This document shows positions 20,232 through 29,600 of a stretch of DNA of 64,000 nucleotides, piece by piece. Positions within the stretch are counted from its first letter, which is position 1. Each line of letters starts with the position of its first letter. This DNA is from Nannocystales bacterium (GTDB lineage Bacteria > Myxococcota_A > Polyangia > Nannocystales > Nannocystaceae), in the NCBI GenBank assembly GCA_050633305.1, contig JBOEGF010000008.1:288001-352000 (forward strand), written 5' to 3'. The notes beneath the pieces were generated by a model. That model did not search any database. It had not been told where the DNA came from and saw only the letters and a program-made list of their open reading frames with translations. A program made the position numbers and the translations under genes.

Positions 20232-22631
20232 ATGACTTGGGTGCGCCCGCTTTTCGTGTCCATGATCGTCAGTGCGGCCGTCGCGTGCGGCCCCGGCGAG
20301 TTGAACGGGGATGGGGATCCCAACGCTGGCGCCAGCACCGGGGTGGCGACGACGGACAACGACACCGACCCCGTTGGAGCTGGCTTCGTCGGGCACTACT
20401 ACAGCCCGTGGGCCACAGCGTTCCTCCACTTCGATGATGGCTCAGGGTGGACAACGCCTCCGGGACTGCAGATGACGCAGGACGAGGATGGCTGGTTCGT
20501 CTTGAGCCACGACGCAGGCTCCAGCGTCGAGTTCGCGTTCAACGACGGCGACGCGCAGTGGGACAACAACGCCGAAGCGAACTACGTCACCGATTTGCCT
20601 GAGTTCTGGGTGAGGGACGGGGTCATCTACGATGAAGAGCCTCCCAGCACGGGCGACACCGACGGCGACGCCTGGTGCGAAGGCGTCGACTGTGGCAACG
20701 GCGACTGCAACGAAGAGGAGCGGGTCTGCGAGTGCGAAGCCGGCTACATCTTCGATGCTGAGCTCGAGACCTGCATCGAAGACCTGTGTGTCGGCGTGTC
20801 GTGCGGTTTCGGCGAGCTGTGTGACCCGGTCGATGGTAGCTGCCTCGAGCCTTGCGAGCCCGACACGCAAAGCGGCGCGTTTACGTTCTGCTACCAGAGC
20901 ACCGCCTCCACGGTTGCGGTCCTGGCTCGGTACGACGGACCCGGAGAGCTCGACGTCGAGCAAAGCGTCATCCGCCTCAACGCCGAGACTCTCCCTGCCG
21001 AGTCCGTCGCGTTTGAGGCCAAGACCCAGCGGTTGGCGGTCACCGCCAGCAGCCTGGTTCCCTCGAAGTACAGCTACCTATTTCGCATGCGAACCGTTGG
21101 GGGCGACGACGTCCAGCCCCTGTTCGTACCGATGTGGATCGGCGACGGCCTGCGCTACGCCGACTTCACCTGGCACGACAGCATCCTGTACCAGGTGTTC
21201 ACCGACCGCTTCCTCGACGGCGACGAGTCCAACAACATCGACAACACCCAGGGCTCGCTTGCGGAGATCACCGACCCTCGGAGTCAGTGGCAAGGCGGCG
21301 ACTTCCGAGGGATCATCGAGAAGATCGACGATGGGTACTTCGAATCGATGGGCATCAACACCCTGTGGATCAGCTCGCCGCTGCTCAACTCCCACAACAG
21401 CCAACCCGCGGTCGATCCGGGTGTAGGCGAGCGATTCGGCTCGTACCACTCCTACCACCCGATCACGACCGGCTATACGCACCTCGATGACTTCGGGTAC
21501 GACAACCCGATCGAGACAGCATTTGGCACCCCACAGGAGCTTCACGAGCTCGTCGACAAGGCCCACAGGCGCGGCATCCGAATCATCCCGGACTTCGTCG
21601 CCAACCACGTGCAATCCGAGGCCAACATCTTCGACCTCCACCCGGAGTGGTTCTACAGCTACGTCCCCTGTCACAACAACTGGGACGAGTTCCGCGTCGA
21701 CTGCTGGTTCACCGCGGACATGCCGGACCTCGACTACAACGTCCCCGAAGCACGGCAGGCCGTCATCGACCACGCGATCTGGCTGCTCGAGGAGTACAAC
21801 TTCGACGGTTTTCGAGCCGACGCGCTCAAACACATGGACGACGTCTTCGTCCGCGGGCTCAAGCAAGCCGTCATCGAGCAGGTCGAGACCACCGTCGACG
21901 ACCACTCCCTGACCGTCGAGCCGACCGTGCTGTACATGGTTGGAGAGTCACTGGGGGGCTGGGCTCGCTACCACGTTCGTGAGGACATGGTTCAGGGCCA
22001 AGTCGACGAGGAGTACTACAACCAAACGAAGGCGGCGCTGCTCAACTACTCCTCGAGCATTCGCAACCTGGCCGACTTCGCACTCGCAAACGACACCGCG
22101 TACCTCAGCCCGCAGGAGATCTTCGGGCAGCTCGCCGGGTACCCCGGCGCGATCATGGGGAACTTCTTCGGCAACCACGACCAGTGGCGCGCGCTGACTG
22201 AAGCCGGTGGCGATCACAGCCGACTCCGACTCGCTCAGACCTTCTTGTTCACCTCGCCGGGCAACGTTCCCATGCTCTACCAAGGCGACGACATCGGAAC
22301 CTTCGGGGAAGCCGACCCGGACAACCGAGCGATGCACCGCTTCGACGGACTCAGCGGCGTAGAACAAGAATCGCTGGAGAACGCACGGCGGCTGGGTCAG
22401 ACCCGCGAGGCGCACGTCGCCCTGCGCCGGGGCTCACGGGAGACCGTGGTGCTGGAGGACTTCTTCTGGGTCTACCGGGTCAGCCACGAAAACGACGAGG
22501 TCTACGTGGCGCTCAACCGCGACTCCGCTCGAACGTGGCAACCTCCGGCTGGCTTCTCCGATGTGCTCGGCAACTGTACCGGCTCCAACGTCCCCTCCGG
22601 GCAGTCGTGCGTGTTCGTGTCGGAGCGCTGA
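20232..22631 (+). CDS. GH13 alpha-amylase-family lipoprotein with CBM25-like and Cys-rich/EGF-like modules
   Basis: Lipobox AVA-C; EFAFNDG..WDNN (CBM25-like); YQVFTDRF, DFVANH, GFRAD, VGE, NHD catalytic regions. Confidence 0.88.
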   Translation: MTWVRPLFVSMIVSAAVACGPGELNGDGDPNAGASTGVATTDNDTDPVGAGFVGHYYSPWATAFLHFDDGSGWTTPPGLQMTQDEDGWFVLSHDAGSSVEFAFNDGDAQWDNNAEANYVTDLPEFWVRDGVIYDEEPPSTGDTDGDAWCEGVDCGNGDCNEEERVCECEAGYIFDAELETCIEDLCVGVSCGFGELCDPVDGSCLEPCEPDTQSGAFTFCYQSTASTVAVLARYDGPGELDVEQSVIRLNAETLPAESVAFEAKTQRLAVTASSLVPSKYSYLFRMRTVGGDDVQPLFVPMWIGDGLRYADFTWHDSILYQVFTDRFLDGDESNNIDNTQGSLAEITDPRSQWQGGDFRGIIEKIDDGYFESMGINTLWISSPLLNSHNSQPAVDPGVGERFGSYHSYHPITTGYTHLDDFGYDNPIETAFGTPQELHELVDKAHRRGIRIIPDFVANHVQSEANIFDLHPEWFYSYVPCHNNWDEFRVDCWFTADMPDLDYNVPEARQAVIDHAIWLLEEYNFDGFRADALKHMDDVFVRGLKQAVIEQVETTVDDHSLTVEPTVLYMVGESLGGWARYHVREDMVQGQVDEEYYNQTKAALLNYSSSIRNLADFALANDTAYLSPQEIFGQLAGYPGAIMGNFFGNHDQWRALTEAGGDHSRLRLAQTFLFTSPGNVPMLYQGDDIGTFGEADPDNRAMHRFDGLSGVEQESLENARRLGQTREAHVALRRGSRETVVLEDFFWVYRVSHENDEVYVALNRDSARTWQPPAGFSDVLGNCTGSNVPSGQSCVFVSER

Positions 22632-22664
22632 GATGCAGCTGACCGCGAAGCGGAATCACCGAGC

Positions 22665-23546
22665 GTGAGAGCCGGTCTCGCCCTCGGGATTGCGGCGTAC
22701 GGACTGTGGGGCTTCGCTCCGCTGTTCTGGCGGCAGCTCGGCCACGTCCCCGCGTTGGAGCTCCTCGGCCATCGCATCGTCTGGGGGTTCGTGTTCTTCG
22801 GGCTCTATGCGGTGGCGACGCGCAGGCTCAACGAGATTCTCGCCATTGTGCGAGATCCCCAGGTTCGATGGCGACTCCTGGCAACAGCGCTGTGCGTCGG
22901 GCTCAACTGGTTCGTCTTCGTCTACGCGATCATGACCGACCGCGTCCTCGACGCGAGCCTGGGATACTTCATCAACCCGTTGCTGAGCGTGGCGCTGGGG
23001 CGGTTCGTTCTCGGCGAGCGGCTACAGCCCCTACAAGTCGCGGCCGCGGGGCTTGCCCTCCTGGGAGTCCTGGTCATCGCCGTCGGCGCGGACGGTCTGC
23101 CGTGGATCTCCGTGGCGGTCGCAACCTCGTTCGGGCTCTATGGCCTGCTGAGAAAGACGACCAACGCCCCTGCCCTGACCGGCTCGGCCTTCGAAACCCT
23201 CCTCCTCGCAGTGCCCGCCCTCACCGGCCTGATCTGGCTTGGGCTGCGCGGCCGGGGGCACCTCTTCGTCGGTGAACCATCGACAGATGCCCTGCTGATC
23301 TGCACCGGTCCAGTGACCGCCGTGCCGCTGCTGTTGTTCGTGCACGCCGCCAAGCGCCTCCCACTGACCGTTGTCGGCTTCTTGCAGTTTCTGGCGCCTT
23401 CTCTGCAGTTCGTGATCGCGGTGTTCGTCTTCCACGAACCTCTCCAGCCCCTGAAGCTAGCGGCTTTCGGGCTCGTCTGGCTCGGCCTGCTCCTCTTCTG
23501 CCTGGCGGCCTATCGCGGGCCGCTCAAGAAGACATCGCAGGCGTGA
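22665..23546 (+). CDS. rarD: EamA/DMT transporter RarD
   Basis: ASLGYFINPL, SFGLYGLLRK, QFLAPSLQF; multi-TM. Confidence 0.9.
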   Translation: MRAGLALGIAAYGLWGFAPLFWRQLGHVPALELLGHRIVWGFVFFGLYAVATRRLNEILAIVRDPQVRWRLLATALCVGLNWFVFVYAIMTDRVLDASLGYFINPLLSVALGRFVLGERLQPLQVAAAGLALLGVLVIAVGADGLPWISVAVATSFGLYGLLRKTTNAPALTGSAFETLLLAVPALTGLIWLGLRGRGHLFVGEPSTDALLICTGPVTAVPLLLFVHAAKRLPLTVVGFLQFLAPSLQFVIAVFVFHEPLQPLKLAAFGLVWLGLLLFCLAAYRGPLKKTSQA

Positions 23547-23595
23547 TCGGAGTTGCCGCCGGCGTCCACCGCCGCACAACATCTCTAGAGCTCCC

Positions 23596-23973
23596 ATGCG
23601 GAACCCACCAACCTTCCTCCGCTTCCTGACCTCCGAGGGACTGTTGTCCTACGAGGACGCCAAGAAGCTCACCGAGGAGTCCTCAAAAACGAGCACTCTC
23701 CTCGGTCAGCTGATGGTCCAACAAAAGCACGTCACCCTCGCCCAGATGGTGAAGCTCCTCGAAGCACAAGTAGCTTCCCCGTCCCAACGCTTGGGGGAGC
23801 TCGCGATCGCCGCTGGCTACCTCGATGAGGCGGCGCTGCAGGATCTACTCGCCCAGCAGTCCAGGACCAAAGCACAACACCCGGTCGAGATCCTCCGGCG
23901 CAACCACGCGCTTCCCGAGGAGACCCTGTTCGAGGCCATGACCGCCTACATTCGGCTCGTCGAGCAAGACTAG
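23596..23973 (+). CDS. Stand-alone MshEN-like (putative c-di-GMP-binding) protein
   Basis: LLGQLMVQQKHVTLAQMVKLLEAQ and RLGELAIAAGYLDEAALQDLLAQQ match the tandem 24-aa MshEN pattern. Confidence 0.7.
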   Translation: MRNPPTFLRFLTSEGLLSYEDAKKLTEESSKTSTLLGQLMVQQKHVTLAQMVKLLEAQVASPSQRLGELAIAAGYLDEAALQDLLAQQSRTKAQHPVEILRRNHALPEETLFEAMTAYIRLVEQD

Positions 23974-24065
23974 GGACACCCCCGTAGGTCGACGAGAGTG
24001 TCAATCGCGGTCGCCGCGGGGTGGGCGGCCAGCTCAGCCGCGGCCGCGGCTGACCACGCGCCTCA

Positions 24066-26171
24066 TCAGAGGAAGGTGAGCTCCCCTTCGGCGGCCAAGT
24101 CCGCGAACTCGTCCTCGTCGACCTCTTCAGCGGCTTCATCCGGTTCGGGAAGCACAATCCGGATTCGGGTCCCTTCGCCCTGAGCCCACTCCAGCTCGAC
24201 GATCCCGCCCGCGGCTTCGACCTCTCGCACGACAACATCCATCCCGGAGCAGCCCTGAGCCTCGTGCGCAGCGCCAGAGTCGTTGGAGCGGTGGAGGCGA
24301 TGGACCTCTCCGAGCGATCCTTCCAAGCGGTCGGCCTCGACCCCTTCGCGGTCCGCTCGTCCAACGATCTCTGGCGGCACCCCTCTTCCGTCGTCCGTGA
24401 CCTCCAGCACCAACGAGTTGTGGGTGCGTTCGGCCCGAACCTGCACGAGGGCGAGGATGGGTTTCCCCAATCGCGCTCGCTCCGCGCTGTCCTCGATTCC
24501 ATGCTCGACGGCGTTGTTCACCAGGTGGACCAGGGGCGGCGCCATCGAAGCCATGAGGTGTTCCTGAGCATCGAGGGTGTCCCCCTCGATATCGACGCGG
24601 ACCAGTTTTCCGAAGCGCGCAGACGCTTCTCGGCAATGCCGCGCAAGGCTGGCGAGAACTGGAGCCAGCGGGACCCGGCGCACCGACTGACAGATCGATA
24701 CGAGCTCTTGGTGGGCTCGCTCGAAGAATTCCCCAGGCTCCGCGAGCGACCGGTCGGGGCCTTCGGACCGGGCAAGCTCGGCCCACTCACGAACCTCGGC
24801 CCGGAGCGACTCCAGCCGCGCGAGCTGAGCCTCATCGAGGCACAGGCTCGGCCCAACCTCGGGACTGCCCACGGGTACCACCGTCTCACCGGAGTAGACA
24901 ACGATGTCACCTCCGCATTCCAGGACGTGCTCGAGCATCCGGATGTGGGCTTCGAGTTCTGGGCTTGAGGCGACGGTGCCGTCTCCGTCCAATCCCTCGA
25001 CGAGAGCGACGACCCACACTTCGACCAAGTGCACCGAATGCCGAACGCCGTCGAGTTGCTGCTCGGTCATGTTGGCTCCGCACTCGCGCACCGAGCCAAT
25101 CAGGCGTTCGGTGGACCGAGCAAGACGCTGGAGCTGGTCAAGACTGAAAAACCCCGACGTGACCTGCAGTGTGTGCATCGACCCGAACAGCGTCTCGGTC
25201 GAGTCGGCGGGGGAGGTCGACAAGACGTGTCGGGCCCGCTCGACCCCATGAAGCGTCTCGGAACAGAAGTCGCGCAGAAGCGACTGCGGATCTTCGCCGG
25301 ACGGGATCACGAACGCAGTGGTCTCGGGAAGCGCGGTCAGCCGCACCAACGCCGTTTGAAGGCCCTCGAGCTCGCGGAGGATCCGATAGAACATGACCTT
25401 CTCCCCATAGCCACTGGCACCGTTGACCAGCCCGGCGAGATTCTCGACGCACCACGAGAGCGTGATTCCCATCGAAGGCAGCTCGACCAAGGCGAGTACC
25501 GGAGTGCGAACGACCTCGAGCAGCCGGCAAGCCCGAACGGTCGCACCAGGGTCGGGTCCACACCGAATGAGGAGCGCCGTCGCTTGCTCGAGTGCTGCGA
25601 TCGCCCGTTGCCGTCGGGGCGAGGCCATGAACACGATCTCCCCAGCCCAGCCATCACTCGTCACCCGATACACCGCCGCGGCCGGGTGCACATGCACGTA
25701 CATCTCGCAGTCGGCTCGTTTCAAGAGCTCCGGCGTGTCGAGCTTGGGTGCGAGGCCGTCCTCGCTCGTCTCAAACGTCTTGACCCGCCCGACCACATGG
25801 TTGAGCGCTTCCGCGAGGCCATCCTTGATCTGCTCTCCGGTCGCGAGCTCATTCTCACCGTAGTTGAACAGCCAACGCACCATCGCGGCGGCACCTCGTC
25901 CATCCGCAAAAATGGCGAAGTCTTGGACGTCGTCAGCCCCGCAGAAGAGCTGAAGTGAAGCACCGGTCTCCCACGTGCCGCTCGGAAGCGCGTCGAGTAG
26001 AACAGGAACGCACGACACCCGTGCGCCGTTCCCTCCGAGTACAGCCTCTACGGACTGGACGAGCGCATCCGCGTGTGCGGTTTGTGTGGAGTCCCGCTCC
26101 GTCGTGGGCGGAGTTCCTCTGAGTTCCGGTACGGTCACGTCGAGTCCTTCGTTCGGGTCAGATTCGGTCAC
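24066..26171 (-). CDS. Atypical CheA-like protein: CheX/CheC-like + Hpt + HATPase, no CheW domain
   Basis: GLAEALNHVVG (ExxN), LFGSMHTL, PLVHLVNNAVEHGIE, DDGRG, GMDVV; GTGA overlap with cheY. Confidence 0.75.
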   Translation of the reverse strand: MTESDPNEGLDVTVPELRGTPPTTERDSTQTAHADALVQSVEAVLGGNGARVSCVPVLLDALPSGTWETGASLQLFCGADDVQDFAIFADGRGAAAMVRWLFNYGENELATGEQIKDGLAEALNHVVGRVKTFETSEDGLAPKLDTPELLKRADCEMYVHVHPAAAVYRVTSDGWAGEIVFMASPRRQRAIAALEQATALLIRCGPDPGATVRACRLLEVVRTPVLALVELPSMGITLSWCVENLAGLVNGASGYGEKVMFYRILRELEGLQTALVRLTALPETTAFVIPSGEDPQSLLRDFCSETLHGVERARHVLSTSPADSTETLFGSMHTLQVTSGFFSLDQLQRLARSTERLIGSVRECGANMTEQQLDGVRHSVHLVEVWVVALVEGLDGDGTVASSPELEAHIRMLEHVLECGGDIVVYSGETVVPVGSPEVGPSLCLDEAQLARLESLRAEVREWAELARSEGPDRSLAEPGEFFERAHQELVSICQSVRRVPLAPVLASLARHCREASARFGKLVRVDIEGDTLDAQEHLMASMAPPLVHLVNNAVEHGIEDSAERARLGKPILALVQVRAERTHNSLVLEVTDDGRGVPPEIVGRADREGVEADRLEGSLGEVHRLHRSNDSGAAHEAQGCSGMDVVVREVEAAGGIVELEWAQGEGTRIRIVLPEPDEAAEEVDEDEFADLAAEGELTFL

Positions 26172-26545
26172 GCTGCACGAGCAAGGACGGCAGCGATCCC
26201 CTTGACCAGGCTCTCGCCCTTGAATGGCTTGACGATCCAAGCCGTCGCGCCGTGTTCCTTGCCTCGGGCGACCAGGTCTCGCGACGATTCCGTCGTCAAT
26301 ACGAAGACCGGGACGCTCTGCTTCCCCGGGACCGAGCGCATGCACGCGAGCATCTCCAGCCCATCCATCACGGGCATGTTGATGTCGACGATCGCGAAGT
26401 CGATCGGGTTGTCCTTGGCCTTCTGCAGGCCGATGGCTCCGTTCTCCGCCACGATGACCGAGTAACCAGCCGCCTGAAGGCAGGCCCGAACTCGGTGGCG
26501 AATCGTCGCGGAGTCGTCAACGACGAGAATCATTGCGTTGGACAT
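26168..26545 (-). CDS. cheY: Single-domain CheY-like response regulator
   Basis: VVDDS, VDINMPVMDG, LTTES, WIVKPF; AAGGAG Shine-Dalgarno. Confidence 0.9.
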   Translation of the reverse strand: MSNAMILVVDDSATIRHRVRACLQAAGYSVIVAENGAIGLQKAKDNPIDFAIVDINMPVMDGLEMLACMRSVPGKQSVPVFVLTTESSRDLVARGKEHGATAWIVKPFKGESLVKGIAAVLARAA

Positions 26546-26657
26546 GGTTGGGTCGCTCCTTCGTGGTTCGCAGCGGGTTGCTCCCAGCGCTTCGAGCGCG
26601 CTGCGAGCAGCCCAGGCTCCAACACCGAGCCACCCGGTCCCCGACGCGCGTGCGGGT

Positions 26658-26891
26658 TCACTCGGAGACCTCCTCAACGTCCTGCGCGACGGCGACGATC
26701 CGTTCCGTTCCAAGCCATCCGATGGCGGCCCCGACCACGAGCATGGCAAGCACGCCGCCCGCCGTCCCGACCCCGGGCGCATGACTGGTCGACCAGAGCA
26801 TCGCCCCGCCGAGGCAAACCGTCAGAGCGCCGAATGCCGCCCCCACTGCGGTGAATCGACCGATTCGGGAATGCTCTTTGGAGGCCGGCAT
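26658..26891 (-). CDS. Small two-TM membrane protein
   Basis: 77 aa with two hydrophobic helices and an AGGA Shine-Dalgarno; upstream of cheY on the same strand. Confidence 0.55.
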   Translation of the reverse strand: MPASKEHSRIGRFTAVGAAFGALTVCLGGAMLWSTSHAPGVGTAGGVLAMLVVGAAIGWLGTERIVAVAQDVEEVSE

Positions 26892-27088
26892 AGGATTCCT
26901 GTGCGGCGAGCTCGACCCGTGCGCCAGTCTTTCGGCACGGCTGGGTCCTCCGCTCGCCTCCTGAGAATCGACATCGGGCGGGAACACTTGAAGGCAAACT
27001 CGGGCCATCCCGCACCGCGATCTGGCCGAACACGGCGACGCCCGGCCCGAGTCGAGCCGGTCTTTTTGACAACCGGCTCTCCTTGGGC

Positions 27089-28645
27089 TCAACCCCTTGC
27101 GTCGGCGGGATCGATCCCGAGCTTCTTGAGACGGCTTTGCAGGGTCGTCGGCTTCATACCGACCAATTGCGCCGCACCGCCTGCCCCGTAGATCTTGCCC
27201 GAGGTGCGCTCGATCGCGCGTTCGAAGTACGCGCGCTGCATATCATCGAACGCCAGGAACGGGTCGTCAGCGGGCGGCGGAACCGGTGTCCGCTCAGTCG
27301 ACCCGGGGTTGAGGAGGATGTGTTGGACCGCAAGCGCGCCGGATGGTTGGAGGATCACCGCACGCTCCAACACGTTGACAAGCTCGCGCACATTGCCGGG
27401 CCATGTATGCCGGGCCAGAGCTTCGAGCACCTCCGACCCAAAGCTCCAAGGCCCCCGACCGGTCCGACGCGCGAGCGACTCCAACACGCCCCCCGCGATG
27501 CCAGCGATGTCCTCGTGCCGTTCCCGCAGCGGGGGGAGTTCGAGTGGGAACCCCGCCAGTCGGTAGTAAAGGTCCTCCCGAAACCGCCCCTCGCGGACCG
27601 CTTCGCGGAGGTCGACATGACTCGCTGCAAGGACCCGAACATCGACCCGGACCAGCCGATCCGCACCGACCGGCTCGAAGGTGCCCTCCTGCAACACCCG
27701 AAGCAACTTGGCCTGCGTTGCCAAGGACATGTCGCCGATCTCGTCGAGCAGCAGCGTTCCGCCATTGGCGGTCAGGAAACGTCCGCGACGTTCCGCCGCC
27801 GCGCCCGAGAACGCTCCCTTGACGTGTCCGAACAGCTCGGACTCCACCAAGTTCTCCGGGAGCGCCGCGCAATTGAGCGTGATGAAGGGTTGCTCGGCCC
27901 GGGGGCTCCAGGCGTGAATCGCCTGTGCGAGCACCTCCTTTCCCGTCCCCGTTTCACCGGAGATCAAGACAGGCAGCTCTGCCCCCGAGACCTGCTTGGC
28001 AAGCCGAACCACGTGTTGCATCGGCGAGGACAAGCTCGCCTCGAGGGCACGAATCGCCCAGCGCCCCCCGCCGGTTCGCTGTTGGAGGAGCTGTTTTTCT
28101 TCGTTGAGTTGCCGTCGATATCGCTCCAACAACTCCGCCTGCTCGGCAAAGAGCATCGCGATCGACACGATCTGCCCATAAACACCGGCCAGCTGAACAA
28201 CCTCCGGCGAGTATGTCTGGCAGGTCGTTCGGTCGAGCGTGATGATGCCTAGGCTCCGATCCGAGGCGAACAAGGGGACGACCATGCAGGAGTGACCCGC
28301 GGGGAGGTCGAGCACCCCATCGTAAGGGTCGCCCTCTTCGCTACTGTGCTGCTCCTCGGTTTGCGCCACCGGGCGCCGCCGCTCCAGCGCATGCGCGATG
28401 CTCGGGAAACGATCGAGCCGCAGGACATGGCCCGCAACGCGTTCATCAGCGAGCGGGCCGGAGGCCAACCGAAGCCGGAGTTCGTCACGCTCGAGTTCGT
28501 AGACCGCCGCGAGGTCGTACGGGACAACATCGCGGAGGGACGCGAGTGCACCCCGCAGGACGTCGGCCAACGCTTGCGGTCGGCTGGCCATCTCAGCCAG
28601 CCGCCGCAGGTCGGACGCGTGATCGATGGGATCGGCGGCGTTCAT
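27089..28645 (-). CDS. norR: NorR-like GAF-AAA+-HTH sigma-54 enhancer-binding protein
   Basis: GAF motifs DPYDG, HSC and TLD as in NorR; GETGTGKE, ESELFGHVKGAFSGA, WPGNVREL, C-terminal HTH. Confidence 0.8.
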   Translation of the reverse strand: MNAADPIDHASDLRRLAEMASRPQALADVLRGALASLRDVVPYDLAAVYELERDELRLRLASGPLADERVAGHVLRLDRFPSIAHALERRRPVAQTEEQHSSEEGDPYDGVLDLPAGHSCMVVPLFASDRSLGIITLDRTTCQTYSPEVVQLAGVYGQIVSIAMLFAEQAELLERYRRQLNEEKQLLQQRTGGGRWAIRALEASLSSPMQHVVRLAKQVSGAELPVLISGETGTGKEVLAQAIHAWSPRAEQPFITLNCAALPENLVESELFGHVKGAFSGAAAERRGRFLTANGGTLLLDEIGDMSLATQAKLLRVLQEGTFEPVGADRLVRVDVRVLAASHVDLREAVREGRFREDLYYRLAGFPLELPPLRERHEDIAGIAGGVLESLARRTGRGPWSFGSEVLEALARHTWPGNVRELVNVLERAVILQPSGALAVQHILLNPGSTERTPVPPPADDPFLAFDDMQRAYFERAIERTSGKIYGAGGAAQLVGMKPTTLQSRLKKLGIDPADARG

Positions 28646-28652
28646 GCGAGGT

Positions 28653-29372
28653 TCAGTCCGCCAGGGCGTTCGCGAGTTCGTCCGCACCCCCGATGTACTT
28701 GCCATCGATGAAGACCTGGGGCGTGGTTGCGGCCTTGGAGACCGCGCGCAGCATTCGGGGACTCGCGGCAACCTCGGCGAAGGGCAGTCCCTTCTCGCGC
28801 AGCATCGACTTTGCACGCGCACAGTGTCCGCACCCTGGCTTGGTCAGGAGCAACACGTCCGGCTCGGCGACATGCTCCGGGTTGAGGTACCGAAGCATCG
28901 TGTCCGCGTCGGACACCTCGAAGGGGTCACCGGGCTTGTCGGGCTCGATGAACATCTTCTCGATCACGCCATCGCGCACGAGCATCGAGTAACGCCACGA
29001 CCGAGGCCCGAAGCCAAGGTCCTGCTTGTCCACCAGCAACCCGAGTCCCTTCGCGAACTCACCGTTGCCATCGGGAACGAAGGTCACACCCGACACGCCT
29101 TGGTCCTTCTTCCAAGCATCCATCACAAACCCGTCGTTCACCGACATGCACAGGATGTCGTCGACGCCTTGGTCCGCAAGCGCCTCCTGGAGTTCGCCAT
29201 ACCGTGGAACATGCGCCGTGGAGCAGGTTGGGGTGAACGCTCCGGGCAATGCGAAGACGACGACGCTCTTGCCCGCGAACAGATCGGAGGTTGTGCGGTC
29301 GACCCATCGAGCATCCTCGATGAAGCGGAAGTTGACTTCGGGAACACGTTGACCTTCTTTGTTTTCGAACAT
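28653..29372 (-). CDS. Hybrid peroxiredoxin (Prx5)-glutaredoxin
   Basis: LPGAFTPTCS, SVND, DGNGEF, RSWRYSM, then Grx domain with CGHC and PQVFIDGKYIGG. Confidence 0.93.
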   Translation of the reverse strand: MFENKEGQRVPEVNFRFIEDARWVDRTTSDLFAGKSVVVFALPGAFTPTCSTAHVPRYGELQEALADQGVDDILCMSVNDGFVMDAWKKDQGVSGVTFVPDGNGEFAKGLGLLVDKQDLGFGPRSWRYSMLVRDGVIEKMFIEPDKPGDPFEVSDADTMLRYLNPEHVAEPDVLLLTKPGCGHCARAKSMLREKGLPFAEVAASPRMLRAVSKAATTPQVFIDGKYIGGADELANALAD

Positions 29373-29397
29373 GGGTTGGTCCTCGGCGGGGTAGAAA

Positions 29398-29414
29398 AGC
29401 AAGGCACAGACCAG
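29398..29414 (-). promoter_or_regulatory. Sigma-54 (-24/-12) promoter for the prx-grx/norR operon
   Basis: Minus strand CTGGTCTGTGCCTTGCT = TGG-N10-GC with TTGC, 25 nt upstream of the ATG. Confidence 0.75.
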
Positions 29415-29453
29415 CGGTGTATCGTTTGATTTCAACGCCCTACGGTGAACACC

Positions 29454-29509
29454 AACGATATAACGTCTTTCGCGATGACGAAATATCGTCTCTTGACCGA
29501 TATTTCGTC
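29454..29509. promoter_or_regulatory. Three related 14-bp near-palindromic sites (putative EBP enhancer)
   Basis: AACGATATAACGTC, GACGAAATATCGTC, ACCGATATTTCGTC; the last two include a perfect 12-bp inverted repeat (29477-29488 / 29498-29509). Confidence 0.7.
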
Positions 29510-29600
29510 TCACGACTCGGGCGCCGGTTCGTCTTGCGGTACGGGCGGTGGGGGCGCCGGATCGAGAGCCCACCGCGGGTCGGCTAGGCTGCGCCCACCG

